Below, one piece after another: positions 8,223-17,029 of a stretch of DNA of 64,000 nt. This stretch comes from Thermodesulfobacteriaceae bacterium (GTDB lineage Bacteria > Desulfobacterota > Thermodesulfobacteria > Thermodesulfobacteriales > Thermodesulfatatoraceae), in the NCBI GenBank assembly GCA_015494065.1, contig WGCA01000025.1, forward strand, positions 4,396 to 68,395, given 5' to 3'. Position 1 is the first letter of the stretch. Every line of letters starts with the position of its first letter. A program made the position numbers and the translations under genes. The notes beneath the pieces are model-generated. The model was not told the DNA's origin and made no database searches. It saw nothing but the letters and a program-made list of their open reading frames with translations.

Positions 8223-9372
8223 AACACTCTTTGAGCTGGGCGTGAGTGGGAACGAACTTGACCCTGAGCCCCGGATGCACTATTTCGGCCTTCATTTCTT
8301 CTAAATATTTGTTGATATGTTTTACCGCCTCCCCGCTCCAGCCAAAAGAGCCAAAGGCGGCCCCTAGTTTTTTCCGCGGCCTAAGTCCCTTGATGTAGGT
8401 CAAGACGTCAGCCATCTGGGGCAGCATATTGTTGTTAAGGGTTGAGGAACCAAAAACCAGGGCCTTGGCCTCAAGGACCTGGGTCATGATGTCGCTCCGG
8501 TGATCAATGGAGGCGTTCATCACCTTTACGGAAACCCCTTCGGCCATGATCCCTTCCGCGATGGCGAGAGCCATCTTTTCGGTGCTGTGCCACATGGTGG
8601 CGTAAACTACCAAGGCATACTCCCGACCCTGATAAGTACACCAGCGCTTATAGGCCTCAAGGATATCCTTTATATGGGAACGCCAGATGACACCGTGGTC
8701 CGGCAGGATCATCTCGATCTCAAGCTTCATCTCCTCGACGGTCTGAAGTAGTTTTTCTACCTGGGGTGAGAAGGGCAAAACGATGTTGGCGTAATATTTG
8801 GCCGCTTCCTGCATAAGTTCGTCGTAACGGACCTCGTCGTCAAAGCGTTCACTGGTGGCATAGTGTTGCCCGAAGGCGTCCTGAGAAATAAGGATCTTCT
8901 CTTCTGGGAGGTAAGAGATCATGCTGTCTGGCCAGTGGATCATGCGGGTTTCGATAAACTTGACCTTCCTTTTTCCCAGCGAAATCTCATCCCCGGTCTT
9001 GACCTCCACCAGGGGCCAATCTTCCCGGTGGAAATGTTCCTTAAGCCCCTTGTATCCCATGGGGGAACAGAATATTTTCTCAGGCTTTACCCGTTCGATG
9101 ATCTCCGGCAGGGCCCCGGAATGGTCCATCTCCACGTGGTTGACCACCAGGTAAGAAATTTTTGCTGGATCACCCAGGACCTTTATTAAGTTATGGATCA
9201 GATCGCTGGCAAAGGGTTTTTTAACCGTATCAAAGAGGGTTATCTTTTCGTCAAGAACGAGGTAGGCGTTATACGTTGAACCCCTCTTGGTAGAATAACC
9301 GTGAAAGTCCCGGATGTTCCAATCAACCGCACCGACCCAGTAGATATCCTCTTTTATTTTGACTGGCGCCAT
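8170..9372 (-). CDS. fprA: Flavodiiron protein (FprA / rubredoxin:oxygen oxidoreductase type)
   Basis: Metallo-beta-lactamase-like diiron motif NHVEMDHSGA plus a C-terminal flavodoxin domain. The ATG at 9372 (MAPVKIKEDIYWVG) follows GGAGGGGG. The track's start at 9441 is an upstream extension. Confidence 0.9.
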   Translation of the reverse strand: MAPVKIKEDIYWVGAVDWNIRDFHGYSTKRGSTYNAYLVLDEKITLFDTVKKPFASDLIHNLIKVLGDPAKISYLVVNHVEMDHSGALPEIIERVKPEKIFCSPMGYKGLKEHFHREDWPLVEVKTGDEISLGKRKVKFIETRMIHWPDSMISYLPEEKILISQDAFGQHYATSERFDDEVRYDELMQEAAKYYANIVLPFSPQVEKLLQTVEEMKLEIEMILPDHGVIWRSHIKDILEAYKRWCTYQGREYALVVYATMWHSTEKMALAIAEGIMAEGVSVKVMNASIDHRSDIMTQVLEAKALVFGSSTLNNNMLPQMADVLTYIKGLRPRKKLGAAFGSFGWSGEAVKHINKYLEEMKAEIVHPGLRVKFVPTHAQLKECFELGRSIAQAIKGKSGA

Positions 9373-9428
9373 AATCCCCCTCCGTAAAAAGTCTTTGGGG
9401 GAGGCAAACCTCCCCCTAAAACCAGAGT

Positions 9429-9803
9429 TTAGGCCTTCCAAAGACCATGAAGGTTACAATACTCGCGGGCCGTCACCTTTTCCGCCTCAACCGGGAAAAA
9501 GGCCTCAGGGGCGTCCCCTGGGTTCAAAAACTGGATATAAGATTTACCGTCGGCCTGGAGTTCGATCCACTCGATGTAGTGCTTTTCTTCCATGGGATGC
9601 GGTACACTACCTACCTTTACTTTAAACCCTCCCTCGACCTTTTCGATCACCGGTACGTGCTTTTCCTGGGCGGCATCGGTAGTGTTTTCTTGCAATAATT
9701 CCATGGGCTGATTGCAACACACAAGCTGACCACGGCCAGCGTGCAAAACCATTACGATATTACCACAAATGTTGCACCGATAAACTTCAAGCTTCTGGGC
9801 CAT
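9429..9803 (-). CDS. dfx: Desulfoferrodoxin (2Fe superoxide reductase)
   Basis: N-terminal desulforedoxin motif CNICGN...LVCCNQPM. C-terminal SOR domain with HVPVIE...[13 protein letters not shown]...CNLHGLW. Confidence 0.95.
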   Translation of the reverse strand: MAQKLEVYRCNICGNIVMVLHAGRGQLVCCNQPMELLQENTTDAAQEKHVPVIEKVEGGFKVKVGSVPHPMEEKHYIEWIELQADGKSYIQFLNPGDAPEAFFPVEAEKVTAREYCNLHGLWKA

Positions 9804-9918
9804 AACGATCCTCCTTAAATTATAATTTTGATTATATTTTAGTTTAGAATAATTTGAAAAAACTTTCTGTCAACAAAAAATTGCCCAAAGGAATTGAAAT
9901 TTTTCTTTAAATTTTTTC

Positions 9919-9947
9919 TTGACTTAAAGAATTCAGTCTTTTAGAAT
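9919..9947 (+). promoter_or_regulatory. Sigma-70-type promoter for the rubredoxin operon
   Basis: TTGACT (9919-9924), 17-nt spacer, TAGAAT (9942-9947). Lies about 30 nt upstream of the rubredoxin ATG, with a GGAGG RBS in between. Confidence 0.55.
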
Positions 9948-9956
9948 TTATCTAAA
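9940..9956. promoter_or_regulatory. 17-bp inverted repeat TTTAGAATTTATCTAAA (candidate operator, copy 1)
   Basis: Arms TTTAGA/TCTAAA. Overlaps the -10 hexamer of the rubredoxin promoter. 16 of 17 positions match the copy at 29561-29577. Confidence 0.5.
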
Positions 9957-9976
9957 TTGAAGAAGGAGGTCAAAAT

Positions 9977-10183
9977 ATGGCGGAGAATATGTACGAAGGG
10001 GCCTGGATCTGTTCCACTTCCAATTGTGGTTATATGTACATCCCTTCTAAAGGGGACCGAAAGGGCAAAATCCCTAAGGGAACCCGATTCGAAGATCTTC
10101 CCGAAGACTGGCGCTGTCCGGTATGCGGGGCGAGCAAAAAGGCCTTCCGTCCCATGCAAGAAGTAGAAAGCGGACAAGAATAA
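9977..10183 (+). CDS. Rubredoxin with a C-x4-C first knuckle (Rd-2/Rdl-like)
   Basis: 68 aa: [18 protein letters not shown]...[20 protein letters not shown]. The second knuckle CPVCG is canonical. The first is C-STSN-C-G-Y instead of CxxCGY. Confidence 0.9.
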   Translation: MAENMYEGAWICSTSNCGYMYIPSKGDRKGKIPKGTRFEDLPEDWRCPVCGASKKAFRPMQEVESGQE

Positions 10184-10197
10184 GTGAGGAGGCCGTC

Positions 10198-10512
10198 ATG
10201 CGCATCGAAATAGACAAACAAATCATCAAGTTTGTTCCGGAAAACCAAAAAGAGGAAGAAGAATTAAACAAACTCTGGCAATACGTGGTCTCTTGTGAAG
10301 GGGAAAGTTTTAAACTGGTCCCCATCGGGGTTTACGTACCCGGTTCCACTCCGGAGGCCATGTTTCAGGTAGAGGGCGTAAAAGTACCTACTCCCAAACC
10401 AACCGCTACCAAGAAGATCCGCTACGTCTGTATGGAGTGTAACCGGATGGAAGAATATCCGGCAGGTGAGGCTCCCATCTGCTGCGGGCAACCTATGCAT
10501 CCGATGGATTAA
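10198..10512 (+). CDS. Small two-domain protein: unknown N-terminal domain plus a C-terminal desulforedoxin-like CxxC...CC metal site
   Basis: ATG at 10198 follows GAGGAGG (the track's 10123 start overlaps rubredoxin). The C-terminus VCMECNRMEEYPAGEAPICCGQPMHP parallels the dfx N-terminus CNICGN...LVCCNQPM. Confidence 0.6.
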   Translation: MRIEIDKQIIKFVPENQKEEEELNKLWQYVVSCEGESFKLVPIGVYVPGSTPEAMFQVEGVKVPTPKPTATKKIRYVCMECNRMEEYPAGEAPICCGQPMHPMD

Positions 10513-10524
10513 CCCCCTCCGTTA

Positions 10525-10548
10525 GGCGGCCCGGATGGGCCGCCTTTT
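10525..10548 (+). terminator. Rho-independent terminator after the rubredoxin operon
   Basis: GGCGGCCC-GGAT-GGGCCGCC followed by TTTT. Confidence 0.6.
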
Positions 10549-10556
10549 CTTGTCAT

Positions 10557-13500
10557 CTAAAGCTTTACGATACGAGCACAAGCCGCTTTATATTCCGGCG
10601 TGTGAACTTCGGTGTCGATAGCCGGGCTGGTTATGAGGTTGGTAAGGGGGTCTTCAAAGTGAAAATCCATGAAGATAATACCCGGACTTACCCGGGTGGT
10701 AATGTGGGCCCGGGCGATTACTTCGCCCCGCGGGGTTATTACCTTCACCGGGTCGCGTTCCCGCACCTTTAATTTGCGCGCGTCCCGGGGGTTAATCTCT
10801 ACGAGCTCCTCCGGGAGATATTCCATTAGCCCTTCTACCCTTCTGGTCATAGAACCGCAGTTGTAATGCGGTAGTCTACGGCCGGTAATAAGCATAAAAG
10901 GAAAATCTACATCCGTCTTGTCCTGAGGACCCCAGTATTTGGGTATGGCAAAAGAGGCCTTACCCGAGTCTCTGGAAAAACGCTCAGTGAACATGAGCTC
11001 CGTGCCAGGGTGTTCTTCATGGGGCACCGGCCAGCAGATGCCTTTTTCAGCTAGGCGGTCATAAGTGAGCCCGGCAAAACTTGGCATAATCCGCCGCATT
11101 TCCTCGAAAATATCCTCAGCATTGCTATAGGCCATTTCGTAGCCCATGCGGCTGGCAATCTCTGCGATTATCTTCCAATCTGGCAGCGCTTCTCCGGGTG
11201 GTTCGACCAGTTTCCGGATCCGCTGCACCCTCCGTTCCCCGTTGTCCGTGGTCCCGTCTTTTTCAAAAAGACAGGCCGCCGGTAAGATCACGTGGGCAAA
11301 ATCTGCCGTCTTGGGCCGGAAAATGTCCTGGACCACCAAGAAATCTAGCCTTGAGAGCGCCTCATGGACCCGCTTCAGGTTGCCGTGGGTCATGGCCACG
11401 TCGTAACCAATGACGTAAAGGGCCTTGACACGCCCCTCTATGGCCTCCCTGTACATCATGGTTTCGGTAAGGCCGGGGCGCTCCGGTAAAGGCCGCCCCC
11501 AAAAGTCCTCAAATTTCTTCCGGACCAGGGGATCAGCCATCTTTTGGTATGCAGGCAGCGTGTAAGGCAGGGCCCCCATATCACAGGCCCCCTGAACGTT
11601 ATTTTGGCCCCGCAGCGGCATCGCCCCGGTCCCAGGTCGGCCTACGTGGCCACAAAGGAGGGCCAGATTGGCAATAGCCATGGCCCCTTGGCTGCCACTG
11701 CGGTGTTCAGTGACCCCAAGCCCCCAGAAAATAAGGGCCCTTTCAGCCCGCGCGTACATCCGGGCCAGCTGGATGATATGTTCCCGCCTGATCCCGGTTA
11801 TGCGTTCCACCCGCTCAAGGGGCCACTCTGAAAGGATATAATTGGCGTAAGCCTCAAAATTTTCCGTGCGTTTTTCTATAAATTCCCGGTTATATAAACC
11901 TTCCTTGAGGATGACGTGTGCCAGACCATTGGCCAAGGGCACGTTGGTGCCCGGCTTCAAGGGGAGCCAGAAGAGGGCCTTTTCCGCCAGCTCTGTCCTG
12001 CGTGGATCGATGACCACCAGCTTAAGCCCCTTCTTTAAGGCCTTCAGTATCCGCGCCCCTATGACCGGGTGGGCTTCGGTGGTATTGGCCCCCCAGAGGA
12101 CCAGAAGTTCCGTGCGCTCCAGCTCGTCAAAAGGCCCCGTAGCTGCGCCTGAACCAAAGGTGGCCGCAAGCCCTGCGACCGAAGGGGCATGTCAGACTCG
12201 GGCCGGGTTATCCACGTTATGGGTCCCAATCACGGCCCGGGCGAATTTTTGGGCCAGATAGGTATCCTCGTTGGTGGTCCTGGCCGAACAAAGGACCCCA
12301 ATGGCATCAGGCCCGTATTTATCCTTGATACGGGTAAGCCGTTCGGCCACGAAATCGAAGGCCTCGGACCAGCTGACCTCACGAAAGGCTTCGTCCCGAG
12401 AAAACCTGATAAGGGGTCTTTTTAGTCGGTCAGGATGACGGTAAAAGGTGTAGCCAAAGCGACCTTTAACACAAAGTTCTCCGTAATTGGGTGGGGTTTG
12501 CGCCGGTACGACCTCAAGGATACTGCCGTTTTTGACCCGGGCCAGCAGGTTACAGCCGGTACCACAGTAAGGACACACCGTCCTTATCTCCCGGGCCTCT
12601 TTGAGGGTGTAAGGGACGCTTTGGTCTTTTTTGGTCAAAGCCCCGGTGGGACAGACGTCTACGCAGGCACCACAGGAGACACAGTCTTCGGTAAAAGAAA
12701 AATGTATTTCTTCATCCGGTGTCCCCTGGGCGTAAATGGTTAGTTCAATCCCGCCGTAGTTACAGACTCTTACGCACCGGTAACAACCAACGCACTTGTT
12801 TGAATCTACCTCTATGAAAAGATGATCCGTAGCCAGCTTATATTTAGAACGTTTACGCCCTTTGGTGGCGGCCACGTTTTCTGCTATTAGGAGCTCACGA
12901 AACTGGCATTTGTGAAGGCCCAAACAGCCACATTTAAGACAGCGAGCGGCCTCTTTTTGCGCCTGCTCCACCGTAAATGTAGCCACCACTTCGGAGAAAT
13001 TGCGCTGGCGCACTTCCAGGGGAAGCTCAGCCGGCCTTTCCCGGGGCTGAGTAGGAAACTCCGCGTAAAAATCAACGTCCATCTCCTCCATCCGCCGGCC
13101 GCGGTTAAAATCAAACTTGACGCTAACTGTTACCTTTTCCGCCTTCTGCCCCACGAGGTAACGGTGGATATCTTCCGCAGCCCGTCTGGCGGAAGCCACC
13201 GCCTGAATAACCGTCTTGGGTCCGGTGGCAAAATCTCCTCCGGCCCAGACCCCGGCCACGTTGGTGGCACCGGTAGCGGAAGAAACCTTGATTATCCCGC
13301 CCCGGTGGGTGGCCAACTTGGCCTCAAGTTCACCGTAAGAGGAAAAATCAGTGTCCGGCTCTTCCCCCCAGGCCTTGACTACCAGGTCAAATTCGTAGAG
13401 TTGTTCTGTACCCTCCACCGGCACTACTTTCCTACCTTTGGCCTTATCCGGTTCCGAAAGCCGTGTTCTGGCGATTACCACCCGGTAATTCCCGTTGTTA

Positions 13501-14645
13501 AGTTCTATCTTGAGGGGAAGCGCCATTAAAAAGAGTTTGACCCCTTCCTTTTCAGCTTCCGAAATCTCCCTTTGCGGGGCCGGCATCTCCATGCGGGACC
13601 TGGGATAGACCAGGGTTACCTCCGCCCCCAGACGCAGGAGAGAGCGCGCCACGTCCACCGCGGTGTAACCCCCTCCCATAACCAGCACTTTGCGCCCGAC
13701 TTCAGGCCTTTCTCCCTCCTGAAGTCTGTAGAGGAGTTCGAGCCCGGAAACCGCCTTTTCTTCCCCTGGCACCTCGTGGTCCCGGCACCGGGCAGCGCCC
13801 ACCGCAAGAAATACGGCCTCAAAGCCCTGATCAAAGAGATCTTTGAGGGTGAAGTCTTTCCCCCAGCGTTTTCCCGGCTTAAAAGTTATGCCCAAATCGA
13901 GGATCCCCTGAATTTCCCGTCGCAAGATATCTTTCGAAAGCTTGAAATCGGGAATAGCCCAGCGGGGCATACCCCCGGGTTCTGAACGAGCCTCAAAAAT
14001 GGTCACCTCATGGCCTTTAAGACGCAGATAATAAGCAGCGGTGAGCCCGGCAGGCCCCGCCCCCACGATGGCCACCTTTTTGCCGGTGGATGGCGCCACT
14101 TCCGGGCGGTAACCGTGTTCAAGCCCCCAATCCGCCACAAAACGCTTGAGATCATTGATGGCTACCGGTACGTCCACTAGGGCCCTACGGCAACGGGGCT
14201 CACAGAAACGTGGACACACCCTACCTACCAGCGCCGGCAACGGCAATTTTTCTTTAATCAAATCAAGGGCCGCCCGAAATTCGCCCCGCGCGATAAAGGC
14301 AATGTACCCCTGAATATTGAGTCCCCCCGGGCAGGGGACACTGCAGGGGGCCTTACAGTCACCGAAGTGGTTCGCCACCAGGCTCTCTAACTTGGCGCGC
14401 CTGGCCTTTTTGACCGCCTCAGTATCGGTAAAGACCTTAAGCCCTTCCTGAACCGGGGTGGCACAAGCCCTTAAGAGACCTTTGCCTTCCACCTCCACCA
14501 GGCACATCCCGCAGGGGACCGGCGGCTCAGAAACCCCCGGCATATAACAGAGGGTGGGGACTTCCACCCCGTTTTCCCGCAAAACCTCAAGGACCGTTTG
14601 GCCTTCCCTTGCGGTTACTTCTTGGCCATTGACCCAGATTTTCAT
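10557..14645 (-). CDS. fdhA: Selenocysteine-containing formate dehydrogenase catalytic subunit fused to a [2Fe-2S] and GltD/SfrB-like FAD-NAD(P)H module (1362 aa including U818)
   Basis: Track ORFs 12192..14645 and 10557..12017 are in the same frame (4089 nt = 1363 codons). The 174 nt between them has no stop. The junction reads NVDNPARV-TGA-HAPSVAGLAATFGSG, the conserved Cys/Sec-His active site. Domains seen: Fer2 (LCYMPG..CGMC), GltD (VAIVGAGPAGLTAAYYL), 2x CxxCxxCxxxC, CPYCGTGC and the molybdopterin domains. Confidence 0.85.
12162..12180 (-). promoter_or_regulatory. SECIS-like hairpin downstream of the fdhA UGA
   Basis: Minus strand: UGA, 11 nt, then GGUCGCA-GGGCU-UGCGGCC (7-bp stem, 5-nt loop). 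The 11-nt spacing matches the E. coli fdhF SECIS upper stem as I recall it. Confidence 0.55.
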
Positions 14646-14663
14646 GACCCCTCCCGGCGGAAA

Positions 14664-14693
14664 TCATAAAAATGGGGGCTTATGCCCCCATTT
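14664..14693 (-). terminator. Rho-independent terminator/attenuator between acsE and fdhA
   Basis: Minus strand AAUGGGGGC-AUAA-GCCCCCAUU followed by UUUUAU. The fdhA RBS GGGAGGGG lies downstream. Confidence 0.6.
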
Positions 14694-14715
14694 GTCCGTC
14701 CGATAGCGTTAGGCC

Positions 14716-15612
14716 CTAGAGTTCAAGCCAGGATTCAGAAAAGATGGTCTTCCCGAGCAGGACCCGGGCGGTCTTATAGATCTCGAGTTCTTTAGGGGAA
14801 AGAGTCTTGGGATCCGGCTCGTCTCCGTCCATGATATCGTGGACCAGCTTCACCCAGTCAGGGTGCTTGCCTTTGGCGATCTCGACCAGTTCTTGGTCAT
14901 AGACGTTTAAAATGGCGGAATAAATCCCGTATTTCATAAGCATCATGAGGTAGACCCGGTCTAAATAGGGACGCAGGTGCTTGGGAACGCCGTTAGAAAC
15001 GTTAGAAAGACCAATGGTGCTTTTGGCCCCGGGGGCGATATCCTGGAGCATGGCCAGAAATTCCAACCCGGCCAAAATCTGTTCCGCCCCCAGGGTAATA
15101 GGGGTAGCGATCGGGTCGATCCAGATCTTTTCGTTGGGGATACCGGCCTCGTTCAAGGCCATCACCAGATCCACCGCCATGGCCGCCCGCTCGTTGGCGT
15201 CCCGCGGCATCCCCTCAGGCCCCCACAAAAGGGCCACCACGTCACAGCCGGTCTCCGCAGCCACCGGGATCAATTTTTCCATCCTTTCGGGCTGGGCCGA
15301 AATGGAGTTCATCAAAACGGCACTGGGGTCTTTGGCGGCTTTGATCCCGGCGATCATAGCTTCAGGGTTGGTGGTATCCAAAGATATAGGGGTATCCACC
15401 ACTTCCTGGACCGTCTTTACGATCCAGGCCGCCAGCTCCGGTCCGTCCTTCTTGGCGGGACCGATATTGAGATCCAAATAATCAGCCCCGAGCTCCGTTT
15501 CTTCTTTGGCCATCTTCTGAATAGGCTCGGGGTTCCTTTCTTTCATAGCCGGCCCGATGGTCTTAGACATAATATTGATGGACTCTGCTATACAAACCAC
15601 CTTGTCACTCAT
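14716..15612 (-). CDS. acsE: Methyl-THF:corrinoid/iron-sulfur protein methyltransferase
   Basis: Pterin-binding-domain protein: ESINIMSKTIGPAMKERN...GADYLDLNIGP...ISLDTTN. Located in the acs cluster. Confidence 0.9.
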   Translation of the reverse strand: MSDKVVCIAESINIMSKTIGPAMKERNPEPIQKMAKEETELGADYLDLNIGPAKKDGPELAAWIVKTVQEVVDTPISLDTTNPEAMIAGIKAAKDPSAVLMNSISAQPERMEKLIPVAAETGCDVVALLWGPEGMPRDANERAAMAVDLVMALNEAGIPNEKIWIDPIATPITLGAEQILAGLEFLAMLQDIAPGAKSTIGLSNVSNGVPKHLRPYLDRVYLMMLMKYGIYSAILNVYDQELVEIAKGKHPDWVKLVHDIMDGDEPDPKTLSPKELEIYKTARVLLGKTIFSESWLEL

Positions 15613-15643
15613 TTAACCCCCTCCTAGACTTTATTTCTTGCCT

Positions 15644-16996
15644 CTAGGCCGCCTTCCATTCCTTTAAAAAGGAGGGCAACCCACTGGCTTCACGCGGACC
15701 GATGATGATCTCCCAGTCCGGCAACTCTTCTTCAAGCTCCCCTTTGATGGAAGCCAGGTATCCCGGAATAATGAGTTTGCGGTGCTTGACCTTTTCCGCG
15801 ATACCGCTCTTTTTGACAAACTCAGCGATGGTGTCTGCGCCAAACTTACCTGCCGCCCAGGCCGTGAGCACGGAAAGGCCTTCGGTGTCTTTGATCAAAA
15901 GCCAGGTAGGGACCCGGCTCCCTTCAATTTCACCGGACACGATAAAATAAGTGAGGGCAAAATTGCAAGTAATACAAACAGGGGAGTTTTCATCCGGCCC
16001 GTTGATGGGATAAATGCCCTCTTCCACCACCAAAGGCCGCTGCGGGTCGGTAAATATATTCATCCGCTCCACCATGAGCGGATAAAGGAGGTCCCCGCGG
16101 AAATCTGAGAGGATGATCATCCCGGCGTATTTGGCCACCAAGACCGAGGCGATCATGTACTCCACCACGATGTTTTCAGTATACCGGTAGGGAAAAGTAA
16201 TACTCGGGAACCCAAAGGGCTTAAACCGCTTTTTGATGGCCGCCCGGCGCATAATCACCTGGTCTTCATAAAGCTCCCGTACCCCGCGTGGGCTCGTGTC
16301 CAAGACGAGATCTTTTAAACCCTCCTTCATCAGCTCCTCGGAGATGCGGGCCGTCTCCGCCAGGGAATCCCCTTTAACCGCCAGGGGAAAACCCGTCTCT
16401 TTCGCCAGGGCCGCCATCTCCTTGTAATTGTCCATGGTGGCTGCGTAAAGCAGGGCCTTGTGCTCCCCACACTCCTTAGCCCCGGCTGCCAGGACGTCTT
16501 TCTTATCACTCATAAGTACCAGGACCGCCTCCGGGGCCTTCTCCCGCACGGTTTTCACCAAAGAGGCAAAGGTTTCCGGTTCCCCTTTGGTGTCTTCTAT
16601 CGCGATCACCTCTGGTTCAAGTTTGACCCCTACCCTCTCCCAGCGAAATTTCTTAAATTTGGCCAGGCGATCCTCCACTTCAGCCCCGTCCATCTCGGTG
16701 GAAAGGCGCAGGCCTATGCCCGGGGGGTGCTCAAAGCGTTTTTCGTGGCGAAAAAGGACCGTCTCCCCGCCTATTTCAAGGATGTGGTCTCCGCTGCCCA
16801 GTTTCACCGTCCGGATGGGCGGAGCCGAGGCCTCCGCGATCTTTTCCTTGGCTTCCTCAGAGACGTAAGGACAGGCCCCGATATCCGCCTGCCCTGCCGC
16901 CACCTTCATAGCAAAGGCTAGACACGTGGGAAACCCGCATTCTTTACAGTTCTTCTTAGGGAGCATCCCTAGGATTTGAATTCCCGTAAGACCCAT
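15644..16996 (-). CDS. acsC: Corrinoid iron-sulfur protein large subunit
   Basis: N-terminal [4Fe-4S] motif CKECGFPTCLAFAMKV...GACP followed by TIM-barrel and B12-binding regions. 450 aa. Confidence 0.9.
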   Translation of the reverse strand: MGLTGIQILGMLPKKNCKECGFPTCLAFAMKVAAGQADIGACPYVSEEAKEKIAEASAPPIRTVKLGSGDHILEIGGETVLFRHEKRFEHPPGIGLRLSTEMDGAEVEDRLAKFKKFRWERVGVKLEPEVIAIEDTKGEPETFASLVKTVREKAPEAVLVLMSDKKDVLAAGAKECGEHKALLYAATMDNYKEMAALAKETGFPLAVKGDSLAETARISEELMKEGLKDLVLDTSPRGVRELYEDQVIMRRAAIKKRFKPFGFPSITFPYRYTENIVVEYMIASVLVAKYAGMIILSDFRGDLLYPLMVERMNIFTDPQRPLVVEEGIYPINGPDENSPVCITCNFALTYFIVSGEIEGSRVPTWLLIKDTEGLSVLTAWAAGKFGADTIAEFVKKSGIAEKVKHRKLIIPGYLASIKGELEEELPDWEIIIGPREASGLPSFLKEWKAA

Positions 16997-17029
16997 CGCT
17001 TTACCCCTTTTCCGACTTTGTTCTTACCG

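Noticed and set aside
9373-9441. Upstream extensions of track ORFs: fprA to 9441, acsB to 19297, ade to 35129, dsrO to 46502, LolA-like to 52644, bioF to 33871, Dx-domain protein to 10123.
   Set aside because: In each case an internal ATG or GTG has a proper GGAGG-type RBS and gives the family-typical N-terminus or signal peptide. The extension overlaps the neighbouring gene.
10557-12017. Treating the 486-aa and 817-aa ORFs (and the split mvhD and truncated hdrA) as separate genes or as pseudogenes broken by nonsense mutations.
   Set aside because: In all three cases the interruption is a single in-frame TGA at a position where homologs carry Cys/Sec. The flanking sequence stays in frame and conserved. 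A hairpin follows within 11-20 nt. Three independent nonsense mutations all being TGA at redox-active Cys positions is not credible.
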